Source of the DNA: the human T2T-CHM13v2.0 reference genome, Homo sapiens
Strand: one strand, 5' to 3'
Assembly (NCBI RefSeq): GCF_009914755.1
Contig: NC_060926.1
Length of the DNA: 64,000 nucleotides
In this document: in pieces, positions 1 to 15,999 of the stretch
How the letters are laid out: each line of letters opens with the position of its first letter
Numbering within the stretch: position 1 is the first letter of the stretch
Made by a program: the position numbers and the translations under genes
The notes under the pieces: generated by a model
Databases searched by the model: none
Seen by the model: the letters and a program-made list of their open reading frames with translations, nothing else
Told to the model about the DNA's origin: nothing

Positions 1-34
1 GCAAAAATAGCATTACTTTCGTACCAACCTAATA
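1..34. mobile_element. MADE1 (Hsmar1-derived mariner MITE), right terminal inverted repeat, cut by the window edge
   Basis: gcaaaaatagcattactttcgtaccaacctaata resembles the Hsmar1/MADE1 TIR (GCAAAAACCGCAATTACTTTTGCACCAACCTAA) and ends in TA. Confidence 0.75.
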
Positions 35-49
35 ACTAAGACCTCTGAC

Positions 50-130
50 TGATAAACTCTACCTCACAGGGCTGTTGTAAGGCTCAAATAAGATGCTGTA
101 CATCATCAACTAATGTAGGTGGTATTATTA
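50..130 (+). mobile_element. MIR SINE fragment
   Basis: tctacctcacagggctgttgtaaggctcaaataagatg matches the MIR core 3' region. Confidence 0.6.
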
Positions 131-3100
131 TAAACTTTTAAGCTTGCATTCATAAGAAAGGATAATATTTTATGATATTAAGCACAGCTTACTCAATAAT
201 TCATTCCACTTTTACTAAATGGCCTCTTTGAACATCACTTCTTATAATTCATAGCCATTTGGGAATACTGAACAGTAGCTACACATATATTACATTACTG
301 ATTTTACCATGAATCCTAACCTAAAAAATACTTAAAACTCTTCAAGAAAGAAAATTTCTAATCAAAGTAATTTTGTGATGGATTTATTAACACTCAGCAA
401 TTCTTGCTTTGTTATCCATCTCTGAGTTCCTGAGATAAAAGACCATGAGGATCCTAACAGCAGGCACCATGTACCATTCATTATTGTACTTTTTACAATG
501 AAATATAGAATGATGTCCAGCAACTCTAACTTCTTGGTAGCAATTTCAATATTCTAGTTTAATGTAGAACTGGCTTTTATGGAGTCAGAATAAAAAAGTC
601 AAATTCAATGCAAACTCAGCTTATTTTTTTCATTTACATGAAACATTTTTAATTCTATTAGTTTTGTGTTTAAAAAAAATTGAAAACTATTAAATGACCC
701 CTAGTCATTTAAATCACAGATAATTGAATGCTTTTCTTTTTTAGTGTTTGATAACGCCACAATTTTTATACTTTTAGATGCACCTACTGGTACAACAAAG
801 AGTAACTTTTGCTGGAAATTTGAAATTGACAGTCATAGATAGTCATCTAAATGATTATTTCTAGACTCCAGTTTTGTTTCAATGTAATTGTACTGCATTA
901 AGGCATAGCCAGTACAAATGAACAAAAGAGCTATCCTGCAGAATATGGCCCAATCTTCTTTATTATGATATTAAAAGGGATTTGGATTTAGATACTCACA
1001 TGTCTGCATTTAGAGCCTCAGAATAAGTCTTTTAAAGTCACCATGCCCTCTTTATCACTACATGCCCCAAATTACCCTTTTCTACTCCTATCAAAATTTA
1101 TTAGAGATTTTTAAAAATTAACTTCTATTTTATATTCTAGGTCTCTTGTGTGGGTAAAAAATGCACTAGCCATTTATTTGCAGAACAATAGCAGCGATAT
1201 TTGATGAATGGAAGAGACCTAAAATCTACTTTTATATTTCTCAGCCTTATTTATCTAATGGAAAGTAGCTGAGTTCCATTGTCCTGAGGACTGCTCCACC
1301 TCTGAGATCTTACGATTCAATGTTCATATACAAAAGGTCCCTGTCCTGCACGTGTCAGGACATCAACTAAGCCTGCAGCACTATGGAAATCCTCCTCTTG
1401 GCATATCAGTCACTGGCATGCTTTGTTGTTGTTGTTGTCAGTTTTAAAAATGGTTCTGCAAGAACAGACCTGTTAACTGAGACAAGTAGAAGTGACAGCT
1501 GAGAGAGGCTTTATTATTTTTCTTCTCTGCCAAGGAAGAATCATAGCCAATGCCCATTGGAATGCTGTGAATATGGGGTTCTTTCTCATTTGCAATTCAT
1601 GTTTTAAGTAGAGAACATAAAATTTCTGCACACATGAGTACTGAGTTTATGGTTGTCCACAGTTATCAAATATACCACAAGCTATGTGAAACTTTCAATA
1701 GACTATAGTTCAACTTCCTTCCTTTATTCAGCTCCTTAGACTCCCAGTTTCTAGGCCTTTGGTAGAGGCTGAACTGTTGTAATTATGTGTTACGCAGTTG
1801 TCCTGGCTTCCTAAGACATCAATAGTTTTCTATGCCTTCAAGTTAGAACACAGTTATTGGGTCTGAAAGCAGTTTTGCCTACAAGTGTTAAAATCTGTCC
1901 ATTGGTTATCTCTTGTGTAGAGATTTTCTTAAGAAGTATTCATTTTGGATACTTTGACATTTAATAAAGAAAAGAATGTCCTGGGAAGTCTGCCATATCC
2001 TGAGTGTGATTGTAGTTACCTCAAATAACCTCTCTGAACAATGAGTACAGTGATTCCTGCCCTATCACTATGTACTGATTATTTGTCATAATTGTGCTAA
2101 ATGTATTTTGTTTACTCTTTCTATATTTGGAGAAATCCCCAAGTAAACGGCATAGCTTTACTATTATATAAGTCAGGACTCCAGCTGCCAGCCACCTTCC
2201 TTGCACCTAGGATGCATCTAGCCTTCACCAGTCAAATGCCCATGGGGGCCTTTGCTTCGGTCATAAGCAATAGGAAGAAAGAGCTTGGTGCTTGGTTCTC
2301 TTTTTTTGGTAGGAGCAACAGTGGAAGCATCCAGTTGTTGGAGAAAAAAAAAAAAACGCTGCTCATTAAAAGTACATATAAATTACAAAATGTACACTGA
2401 TTTCAGAAGTTCAAAATATGAGAAAATTTTGCATCTTAGAATAAAGGAAACACAGTAGTTTGCATTGTAGTGTGAATGCTTAATGATTGCAACTCTACCC
2501 TGGGACCGATTCTGATTTTAAAAGGGAGTCTGCCAGCTCCAATCAATCTGCATTTTTAGTAGAACAGATAAAGGAAAGATTATTGAGGAGGAAGTTCTCA
2601 CCAGAACCTTTCGTCCGTCTCTCAACTGTATTAAAGTTATGTATTCCTTATTTGTCCAAAACCTTTGAGTTTATAATGAAAACACACTGGGTTAGTACTG
2701 TCACATTTGGAGGCCTGATCTGTATTAACTTACGTGATTTTATTCATTTTAGAAAAACCTGCTTTTAAGCTTTTATCTTTTCAGAGGGAAAAATCCTAAT
2801 CTTTAATCTGTCCTTATACATAAAGTATTCCTGCCTTTGATGAATTTAGTCAGAAATATTCTGCATCCTGCTGGCTGCCTTATGGAAGTAAATACCAGAA
2901 TCCTCATGTTATTTGAGATGTTAAAGATAGCAAGTGTTTACATATACCAGCAGCACACTAGGAAGTGTAATTTTACTTGGAAAAAAATTGCAAAAGGTAA
3001 AAGTTTGAAATAAAGTTAAGCTTTCTTCTTCCGCCTCATGATCAGATCTAATAATCCTTAAAGTAAAGCATTTAACTGAAATCTATGTAGGACAGCTCAT

Positions 3101-4819
3101 TAGTTTTGGATCAGTTTCCATGACTAAATGAGGGCATCAAGCGAGAGAATCATAATACATTCCCACTCAATGGCTTGGTGGTTTCATGGTTCAGATCATC
3201 AAGAAGCATCTAGGTAGAATTTCATTCAAATGCTCTTCCATAAAATTCACACAGAAGGACCCTTGGAACAAGAATTACTATGTAAGCGATGATTTTTTAC
3301 AGACGAGTCGGCTTTCCTCCTTCTCTTCCAACTTCATCAGCCTTGTAACTACCTCACAACCCTTAAATCAGCAAGCAGCAATGCTAGAAAATAAACCTGA
3401 TTTCTCGGTAAGGATCACAAGGGCATCTTGTCTTCCTGATGTTCTGTCTAGGTAGGTGCAAATAACAATGGTCCACACAATAAAGACCTTGTTCTTTGGT
3501 TGCTACACGTACTGCACATGTATAATTTCCCCTTAATTAGTCTTCCACGTCTGTCATCCTAGATTTTTATTTCACTACAGGCACCCTACTCAGAAAAACA
3601 ACAGTGGCAATGATTTATTGAAAATATTATGAAGAAATTTAAAAGTGAAGTGAAACAGCAGATGAGAAGGGCAAATGCTATTTCTCTATTCTACCAATAG
3701 GTAACCTGATTTAACTTATCTTTTGGGGTTTTATTAAACATAAATTGTACTAGATGCCTGAGCAAAAACCCATAAAATAGCTTTAAATTCTGTAAGTGAA
3801 ATTTATCTGAAATCTATGCAGGATTTCCCTGAGCCCTGAAATTTGAGGTAGCACAAACTAATACCTTGGTATTATGACCTTCTATATACGCATTGGCAAC
3901 GCAGTAAATTCCAGATGCCTTGAAGTTAAGAAACTCTTTATTATCATTTATTTATTTTGGTAAAATAATAATAATCCCACCGTTCACAGAGTTCAGGATG
4001 GGGATTTGGGCTGGAGAAAGAACATAGAGTTTGTCCATTATCACTAACTTGTTACAACTGAATAACATTAAGACCTAAACCAAAGAAGCAAAGAATTGCC
4101 AAGCACCATTGATTTTCTTTTGTTTCTACAGGGTTTCTAATGCTCTTACATTTCATTTTTGTACTTTATGATCACTAAAAATGTTGGGCTAAGCCCTACT
4201 GGCAAACCACAATCTAGGCATTGTGCCACTCAAAGATTTAATGGAAAGACCATATCTTACTCACAGTAGAAAAAAAAAATCATCTTTTCCCACTATTTAT
4301 TGTATGGAAATACTGTTACTAGTTTGCAAAAATTTTATAACAAGTCAATAACAAATTGCATTAGATGATATTCAGAACACTGATAGTGGAAGAATATATG
4401 CCAAGAAGTTAACAGTAATTATATATGAGTGGGTAAAATATATTTTTTATTTCCTTTATATTAGTAGGAATTTATAACTTTTCAACAAAGAAGTATATAT
4501 TGCTTTTGTAAATATAATAAACAATGAAAGAAAGCCATGTTTAATTTTAAAAACATACAACCAGAACTTAGTCCACAACAGAGTTGCAGAGGTTCCTATT
4601 TTTTTATTCAATCCTACAGTCTTGCAGAATAATCACAATTTAGGAGAAGCTCTTCATAAATACAGAAAAATTAGCTAGAAGTTAATACTCTGCCATGGAA
4701 AATGGCATGCATTTTGAGGTCAGACAGAATTATTTTGAAAGTGTATTTCTGCGTCTCTTTTTTTGCCTGTTTGAATATGATTTATTAAGCAGCTCATTTT
4801 TACTCACTACATTTTGAAA

Positions 4820-5368
4820 GTTTTATTTTAAATTGACAAATAATAATTCTATATATTTATGGGGTACAATGTGATGTTTCCATACAGGTATACTGCGGAA
4901 TTATCAAAACAGGCTAATTAGCATATCCATCACCTCAAATATTTATCATTTCTTTGTGGTGAGAACATTTAAAATCCTCCTTTTCAGCTGTTTTGAAATA
5001 TATATCTTATTACTACCTGCAGTTACTGTGGTGTGCAATACAACCTCCTCCTGTCTAACTGAACTCAAGGAATATTCTTACCCCACCTACCCCACTCCTA
5101 GCCTCAGGTAACCACCATTCTACTGCTATGAGTTTGACTTTTCTAGATTCCACAAAGAAGTGAAAACATATGATACTTGTCTTTATGTGCCTGGCTTATT
5201 TCACTTCACATAATGCCCTCTAGTTTCATCCATGTTATTGCAAATGACAGAACTTCCCATTTTGTAAGGCTGAATAGTATTCCATTGAATGTATATGCCA
5301 CATTTTTTAATCCATTCATCCATCGATGGGCATTTAAGCTGTGTCCATATCTTGACTATTGGGAATAT
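4820..5368 (-). mobile_element. L1M (L1MA-type) 3' end fragment
   Basis: ttatggggtacaatgtgatg...gcatatccatcacctcaaat...gcctggcttatttcacttcacataatg...catccatgttattgcaaatgacag is typical of L1MA 3'UTR/ORF2 end in antisense. Confidence 0.85.
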
Positions 5369-5429
5369 CTGCCTCTTATTCTACATTTTTAGTCAAGTCT
5401 CCTAAGAACTCTCAACTTTGTTCTGCTCT

Positions 5430-5540
5430 GCTGTAACATGGGACTAACGACACCTACCTACAAAGTCCAAGGTTGCTATGAGGATTAAATTAGGAAAATA
5501 GCACAGTGACTGCAACATAATATTGACTTAATAAACATAA
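5430..5540 (+). mobile_element. MIR fragment
   Basis: cacctacctac...ggttgctatgaggattaaat...gcacagtgactgcaacataa...aataaa. Confidence 0.6.
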
Positions 5541-5574
5541 TAATCTAATAGTAATAACAATGATAAACACAATG

Positions 5575-5770
5575 ACATTATCTAAAATTTACCATTCACA
5601 CTGCATGTCAGGGCCTATTCTAAGTGCATCTATGATTTACCTCATTCAATTGTAACAACCACCCTCTACTAAGTAGATCATGCTGTTTTCCCTCTTTGTA
5701 GTTGAGGTAACTGGGGTACAGAGATGCCCAAGTGCACAAAATCCCCAAATTCATAGTCACTATGCTGCAC
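5575..5770 (-). mobile_element. MIR fragment, opposite orientation to the preceding copy
   Basis: ctaagtgc...acctcattcaat...aacaaccaccct...gttgaggtaactggggtacagag. Confidence 0.6.
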
Positions 5771-6285
5771 AGTGTCTCATAGAATTTTCATCTTGGGGTA
5801 TTGGATAATACTGATTGTGTTTATTGATTTTGTTCATAAGAACCATTTTGGATAGTGTGTATAGTATTTTAGATGCTCAGTAGTACAGAAATCTGGCTCT
5901 GAATTTTATGTTAATTGAAATGTACTTCAAAGTCTATCAATGAGAAATAATAAAAAGGGAAGTTAATTGGAAAGTATGAAGCTGTGATTGATTCCCTAGG
6001 GCATATGTTGGCTTTTCTTCCTGGCACATTTGGGAGTGGGGTTTGCCCTAATTAGAAAAACAAGCATCTCGGAGCTATTCCATGGCTCCTCCACATGGCC
6101 TGGCAGAAGACCAGCATTGTTTTAGTCTTGGTCCTTTAAAAATGTTTTCCTTCTCTTCAGCATTCAAAAATGCTTTGATAGCTTTAAAAGTAGTTCTTCT
6201 TTTAAGAGACATCGTGGGAAAGATGGGTGAAAAGCTGCCAGAAAAATCTGTTCTTAAGGATAAATGACAATGGTCTGTTTTCTTT

Positions 6286-8505
<2,220 letters not shown>

Positions 8506-8949
8506 TTAAAGAAAATAACCTTACCATATTAATGAACAATTAAATGAGTTGCATTTTAATGTGAATACAGTTAGCCAGTTTATTTTTCGTAGTCATGGGA
8601 GGACTACAGTCATCCTTTGTATCAAGTGGTAGCATTTATCTACTGCTTTTCTGTATAATGGAGAGCCTAACTTCAAGTTTTCTAGAAGTATACATAATTT
8701 ATTTATAAGAGCCTCAAGACAGTTTGTATCCATCAGAGAGCACTATAATGATGATCATGTATGACAAAAGTTTCTTTTATAAAGTACAAAGTGTTAATGC
8801 TTTGTTTTAATTTACTCTTCTCTCCCAGAATCTAGATGGTGATTGAATTCATAAGCTTATTCTATCCTCTGGGCAAGTTTCATGCTGATTTATAAGGTGT
8901 GGAACTTTTAGTCAGTTCTGTTCTTAGGATATTATTAATCAAAATCTAG

Positions 8950-9128
8950 AAGGGGACTGCTCAGACTGAGGCTGGAACTCCTGGATTCAAGTTGTAGCTC
9001 AGCCAATCTCAAGGTCATTAGCTTTGGATGAGTTTACATTTCTGGGCCTCAGTTTTCTCAACTGCAAAATAAGAAGCTTAAACAGATTTTTTTCCATGAA
9101 TCATTTCCAGTTCTAGAGTTCTGTGATT
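8950..9128 (+). mobile_element. MIR3/MIRc fragment
   Basis: tctgggcctcagttttctcaactgcaaaataag...ttccagttctagagttctgtgatt. Confidence 0.7.
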
Positions 9129-9664
9129 ATTAAGAGATATTTAGTTTTACATATTTTAAGTTCATAAAATAAGAGAATTGAAAAATCCTGACTCATCAAA
9201 CACATGTAAACATTTAATTTTAACTTCCGAACACAATAACTAAGCATTATTAGCAATGATTATTTTGTTTTTTTCATGTATATTGCTCGTCCCAGAAAAT
9301 GTTGATTGCTTATATAATTGCCTTAGGGCAACATATTATTCAGTGAGATATTTATCAAAAATTGTGTATATGGTATATAAATTGTAAAAGGAAACCACTT
9401 CCTAGCCTCTACTTTCACCCGTCTTTTATTTTTAATTACTCTTGTAGTCATTTACTCAATAAACATTTAATAAGTGTTTCTTGGGCATTCATGTGTCCAG
9501 TGATACAGCAGACATTTTACCATTTGCATTGCACATTTAATTCTCCCAGAAATCCTGAGAGGTAGAAAACAATATTAAAGAAGTTAGGTCTGGTTCAAAG
9601 ATAAAGATCTGATAAGTAGTGGGGCTAGAATTTGAATTCATATTTGGCTCTGTGCCAAATATTT

Positions 9665-10095
9665 TTGTTTGTCCTCTTTTTGTTTGTCATCATTGCTTTC
9701 CACTCTGCCCCTTGTCTCAGGAGGTTGACCTGTATGGATTACATCAATGGGCCAAAAGCAGATCCCAGAAAGTGATGGCAGGGAAGGAACAAAGTGAGTA
9801 AAAATAAGATCCCTGTGTCCCTGCCTCACTCCCCTCAGGTTCACCTGGGGCAGGCTGTGTCCCTTAAGCATAGCTCAGTGCTGCACTCAAGTTGGCCCTC
9901 CATAAGCAATTCTTTCCTTCCAGGTATGGTCATACCTCTTACGCTAGTAGACCTACTAGTGATAACAGCTCTGAGGCCCTGTGCTTCTCTTATGGTTTCC
10001 GACATTCTGCCCTTGCTTTCAGAAATAGTTCCTTTTTAATTCCTTCTCAGATTATCCTAATTTAAATGTTCCATCTCTTTCTTGCTGGGATAACT
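9665..10095 (+). mobile_element. LTR33 (ERVL) solo LTR, degenerate
   Basis: aggaggttgacctgtatggattacatcaatggg...ggcaggctgtgtccctt...aaatagttcctttttaattccttctcagattatcctaattt...ccatctctttcttgctggga follows the LTR33 pattern. Confidence 0.7.
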
Positions 10096-10096
10096 T

Positions 10097-10342
10097 ACAT
10101 TTAGATATGTTTAGATACACAAATACTTACCACTACGTTACAATGGCCTACAGCACTCAGTACAGTAACATATTGTACAGATTTGTAGCCCGGGAGCAGT
10201 AGGCCATACTGTAGAGGTGGATGTGTGGTAGTTTATATCATCTAGGTTTGTGTAAGTACACTCTGATGTCTGCATGATGATAAAATCGCCTAACAATGCA
10301 TTTCTCAGAACACATCCCCATCATCAAGTGACATATGGACTA
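10097..10342 (+). mobile_element. Tigger3/MER7 (TcMar-Tigger) DNA transposon, right portion
   Basis: tttagatacacaaatacttacc...cagtacagtaaca...tctaggtttgtgtaagtacactctg...gcatttctcagaacacatccccatcatcaagtgacatatggacta. Confidence 0.85.
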
Positions 10343-12289
10343 TATTTAAGACAAAGATCTCCTCCACTAGTAACAACAAGAGCTCATATTTCAAAGACAT
10401 TACCATTGTTCTCTTCCTATATTTCTCTTACCAATTAAAAACTTCAAATGAAATCAGTAAGGATCTAAGATTCAAGGATGATCAAAATTCTATAATTGCA
10501 TTAATATGTTTTGCATCAGAATGATTATGATAAACAAATCTAACCCACAATAGGACTTAACAGCAACCCATCATCAGCTCCTGCCAGTAGAGGAAAATAT
10601 CCTTGACATGTTATCCCTGCAACTGCCCACACTTCAAGGTACTACCTAGGACTAAGTTTGAAAAAACATACCATTAGACGGACTATGTGATCTCATAAAA
10701 TAAGCACAGTAAGTTTTAATATTGTTATTTATGTTGCCTGGGGATTGACATTAACTCTAAACTTTTGTCCCAGAACCTCTTCCATACAAAAAAAAAAAAA
10801 AGTAGTGATAGGAATTTCTATTGATTCCACCCAAATAGGCAGAATTCTAGGACTATGAGTGTTCTTACATCTTGGCTGAGGTAGATACCAGTACACCAAT
10901 TTCCTTGTTTGAGTCAATTAAGCAGTGAGCCATAAGTGCTAGAATTTATTGGCCTGATAAAAGCAAGGAATACTTAATCTAAATATTGGTCCGGTAACTG
11001 AAAAGACATGCTTGCATATTGGAGAAAAAAAGTCTCTAGACTGTGCATTCCTAACTTGGGTTTTTTGTGTTTTTTTTTTTTACTTGGAATTTCGAGTCTG
11101 AGTTCTTGGGAGTCTTTGGAACCAGTGAAATACATGAAAAGGCCAGCGTACATGTACCTTGTACTGGAGAGAGATCCCAAAACATTAATCAGAGACTCAA
11201 AGAGGCCTAAAAACAAAAGTTAGTAGGGGAAAATGGGCAACATGTCGGCTTCACTGGCTGGACCAAGGAATACAGATTCGTAGACAAGATTACTCAGATA
11301 TTATTCTGATTCCACACACTCGTGAAGAAATTTTATGATTTTTGCTTTAATTTTCTGCATAGACTTTTGGGAAGATACATATCTTAGCAACAATTATTTT
11401 GTCAAAAATCAGGTTCATTGATTGGAAATAGACACTTTATGTCCTTTTTTCTCAAGGCTTGAATTCCCTTGAATAAGTTATTGATTGAATGTCCAGACCT
11501 GTAAGACTGAAAGACTGTACCTGTATAGCAACAACAAAAAAATTAATCTCTTAATGTCTTTGAGATCTTTCCTGACAAACCATAACCTCACAATCACAGG
11601 GCCTCTGACTACTGCAGGTTTAACCTGGAGATTTTAATATGACAATACTAAATATTGAAAATCTCACATATTCTGGTACCTTTTTTCTTAATATGTTCAT
11701 TACTTTTTTCTCACCAGGGAACCAGCAATGAGCAACTCAGTGAGTATAAATTCAACTTTTTGTTTGAAAAATAGAGGTCCTGAGGATATAATAAAGAGTA
11801 ACATTTGTTTAGAGGGAACAAGGTAATAACTGCTCCTCTCTATCCAGATCAGTGGACTTCATTTTTTTATGCTATGTGGTAGGATGTAATAATATATTTG
11901 ATCAGCTTTGTCCCCAAAGAGTTACTGATGTAATTCTTAAGAAGTTATATTTTTCCATTATCATGTTCACATAAAGGAGTTCTCTCTTCAAATGAAATAT
12001 GCTGGAAAAAAGCTATTATGATGCTGTAATGAATGTCCTTCACCACATGCAGGATAGAGGGTCAAGGCTACAACTTTGCTTCTCTTATATATACTAGAAA
12101 AAGATTTTGTATCTCTAATTCCCATTACAATGTGTTCAGGAGGGCTGCCTTTCAGCACTACTTTATCCAAAAGAGGTATTCCTTCTATAGTCCCCTCTAT
12201 AGCCCTAAAGTTTTTTTTTCAAACTTCCTCCCCAAACTGTTACCCATGCCTTTCTATTGGCCAAAGCCGTAAGTCACTTACTGATCTTT

Positions 12290-12740
12290 AACATCCTTGA
12301 GCTGCTTCTATAATTTAACATTGGTCACTCCCCCTTCAAACACTCTAACTCCTTGGTCACTGTTTAACTACTGACACTAACTTTTCTTGGTCTCCTCATA
12401 CCTCTCCACTGATTCTCACCCATCATGACAGAGTACTCTGCCTTGATCCTCTTAAATGTGTATACTCTAAGGTTCTATTCTTGAGAATTTTCTCACTTAA
12501 AAATCTCATCTGCCACCTTCATGTGACAGCATCTAGATCAGTATATTCATGCCAGTATCTAGATCCAGTGCACCTAATACCCAACAGTCATCCCTATACG
12601 GGTATTTCAGACTTACTTACAAAAATGGAGCTAATTATCCTCCCTAACTTCCCGATAGCCAAACTAGTTTTTCCTTCTATAATATCTTCTTAGCTTAATA
12701 CTATCATCATCCATCCAGGCATTCAAACCAGGGGTAACTA
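12290..12740 (+). mobile_element. L2 fragment
   Basis: Pyrimidine-rich, degenerate L2 3' region (ctcatctgccacc...tcatcatccatccaggcattcaaacc). Confidence 0.5.
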
Positions 12741-12759
12741 ACTCTCCCTAAGACCTTTA

Positions 12760-13130
12760 CACAAGTAAAAACATTTGAGCTTGATCCTAATGAATAATAA
12801 AAATACACCAGTTTGAAAAGAGCATTCCAAGAAAGAAATTTGATTTTCAAAAACTCTTTGAGCTGAGAATTCTGTGTATGTGTTCTTTAATTTAAAGTTT
12901 GTTTCTAATAAATAAAGGACAAGGATGGGAAAAAATCATTGAATCTTGAAACAGCATGATATATTTAGACTGATAAGAAACTATGTTGGGCTGGATTATA
13001 AAGAGTACAGTAGACGGTGGGAGAAGATGAAATAGAAGTAAACTGAGGTCTGGGTGTAAAGGATTTTATGTGTCATGCTGAGGCTTTGTACTTTATAATA
13101 TAAACAACGGGAGGTCTCTCATGATCCTCA
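12760..13130 (-). mobile_element. L2 fragment
   Basis: tttgagcttgatcctaatgaataa...gcattccaag...tgtgtcatgctgaggctttgtactttat. Confidence 0.5.
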
Positions 13131-13339
13131 GAAAACTCTCTCTTTTAGCAATGCCTGTGGCCTTCGTCTTGCCTCTATTGTTTCCAAAAATCTCGTCATG
13201 TCTTTCCTAAACCATTTTTGGAAAACATCTAACTCTTGAAAAGTCATGCAGTATTTGTTGCTCAAGGTTCAGAGGGGCTGTAAGAGCATAGCACTACCCT
13301 TATAGTCATTCTTGATAAGAACATTGTAGTGAGTATTTG

Positions 13340-13730
13340 TAGTATTAGATAGCTAGCATCTATTTACCCATCTTTTGAAAACAGAAACTCAGTTTTCTCT
13401 TGAGGATCACTCCTCTCCCACTGAAGCCTGTGTGCTTCAAGTGGAGGTGAGTCTTTGTTCAATTCTTGCTCCCTTTCCTACACTAACTGGGCCATTTTCT
13501 CCTTCTGGTCACAGTAATTATTCAGGGATAGACACGACTCCATTGAGGAAAATAATTGTTGGCTCCAAATATTTTGTTTGAACTATTTAGGGAGATGTTA
13601 CCTTTTCTATTGAACTTAAACTAGAGGGGTTGTAAGAGGGGAGCAACTAGCAACGAGTTTATCCCCACCAGAAGCCTGAGGATGAAGTTAGTATGAAGTA
13701 AAATAAAAGCAAGAGACATTCATAGCTCTG
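13340..13730 (+). mobile_element. Old MaLR LTR (MLT1K/J-like)
   Basis: cagttttctcttgaggatcactcctctcccac...ggtcacagtaattattcagggatagacacgac resembles MLT1K. Confidence 0.5.
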
Positions 13731-15002
13731 TGTTTGGTGCTGTGGCAAATACCATGCAGTAAATGCATGGCATCCACTTTAAATAAGTTCAAAATATATC
13801 TGAGGATATATAATAAAGACTATAGAAGTAATAATTAAAGAAAGAAAATTGGGAAGCTACCATCTCCTATCCACACTATAAGGAGTCTTCAAGGTAACAC
13901 AACAGGAGTATTTTTTTCTCCCCTATTGAGACAAGCAGGGGAGCCTACTGAGCTGCCTGAACTTAAAAATGGGGGTTCTGAAGGAGTATAAATTAGGCAT
14001 TTAGGCTTTCATTTGTCTCTCATTTCATTTCTTTTCTTTCTCCACGATCTGAAATTCTTGAATATTAGTGAGTCAAAATATTCCTACCAACTCTGCCCTG
14101 GCTTTATTCTGAATTGTCTTATAACCATGTTTTTCTGTAGAAAAGGAGACGTGATGGCATACTAATTTTAGAACAGTTTGACATGCAATGGAAAGTTAGT
14201 CTGAGAAACACTCACATGATCAGAATGCAATCCAGGGTTGATGATGGCAAAAATATGCTTAAGAAAACTGAAACTCAGGAGACAGGCTGACTGAGATTGA
14301 ATAACTGAGAAAGAACTTAAGGGGATTTGAGCATATTAGAGTGAAAAAAAACACCAGCAAGTAAAACCGTCCAGGCATACAAAAAGAAACCACAGGAGAT
14401 ATTTTATTTATATTTTTATCATGCTGAGTGGAAAAAAATATGAAATAGAGGCTACAAAGAGAGTTGTTTTGAACGACACCTAAGGAGAGGACCTGAAACC
14501 AAGGTACCAAGCTGAAGATCAGAGGACCTTAACTGGCTCATCCTGTAAAAGCCCCAGCACTGTTTCTGTCTGGCTCGTGCTGAAGCTAGTAATGAGGCCA
14601 TCTGTTTGTAATGCTCACTCTGTGTGTGGCTTACACCCAGAAATCTCCACGCCTTCCAGCAAAGTCATTTTTACACTGTACCTGACAGACAGAGCATGTG
14701 TTTGTGCTAAAAACACTGCAGGAAAGGGGTACTGGGAGGAATCAGAAAAGCCCTGACCTTGAAAGAAGTCATCCATGAGCCCTGAGCTAGAATTAAAAAG
14801 CCAGAGGCAGTGGAATGCTGAAGAACAGACTAGTAGCAATTTGTTAGACCCACATGACACCATAGTAGGAAAGAACACCTGTTTTGGGTTGCTTTGGAGG
14901 AAGACAAGCATGGTAGCCTTAATCTTGTTCAAATAACTTCATTCTCTTCAGGATATAGCTAAAAGAAATGGAGTCAACAATGACTTTGAAAATCTTACCG
15001 GG

Positions 15003-15329
<327 letters not shown>

Positions 15330-15999
15330 TTAGTGGGGACACCATAACCAACCGATAAAGACCAGAACACTTATCATGATCCTTTACAACCTGATTTCAA
15401 CTTACTTTCTCACCAACCCCATTTCATGCCATTTATTCGCGTATACACCCAAATTTTTATAATCCTCAAATGCGCCATTCACTTCAATTCCTCTGCACCA
15501 TTAAAAATATAGTTTGTGCTGCTCATAATTTAGCTTTCGCCCTTTTCCAAATGGATCGAGAAAGGATGAAGTAATTTGCCCATGATCGGACACAATTTAA
15601 GAGTATGAAATGTTAATAGTACACTGGAAATGAAAGAAGAGTCAAAAGTAATGGTCATAACATTTGAATAGAGATGTTTATACAAGAGATCACACTCTGT
15701 GGCTCCCCACAATATGTCCTACATTTAGAGAACTGGACCTCAGTGTGATAACATCAGCCTAAATGCAGGGATATTTTAAGAAATATCCTAACAGAATTAG
15801 TCCTTCATCTCATTTAGTCTGAGGATTTTACAAAGGACACTACATGTTACATTATTCAAGGTTCTTCTGCTAAGGATCCTCGGCAGAAATTTCTTTCTGG
15901 TCTTCAACATTAGTTGTTCTTCAACTGGAAAGCTGATGGGCATGAGCAACTAGAATGGTTAGAAGCAAATTTGGGGCCCACCCATTCCAAGTATATAGG

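Noticed and set aside
3186-3455. 89-aa ORF with a gtaagg donor near 3408
   Set aside because: No recognisable protein and no convincing matching acceptor on the same strand.
11780-13819. ctgaggatata(ta)ataaaga occurs at 11780 and 13800
   Set aside because: It is a short AT-rich match with an indel and no flanking similarity, and there is no single element between the copies for it to be a TSD of.
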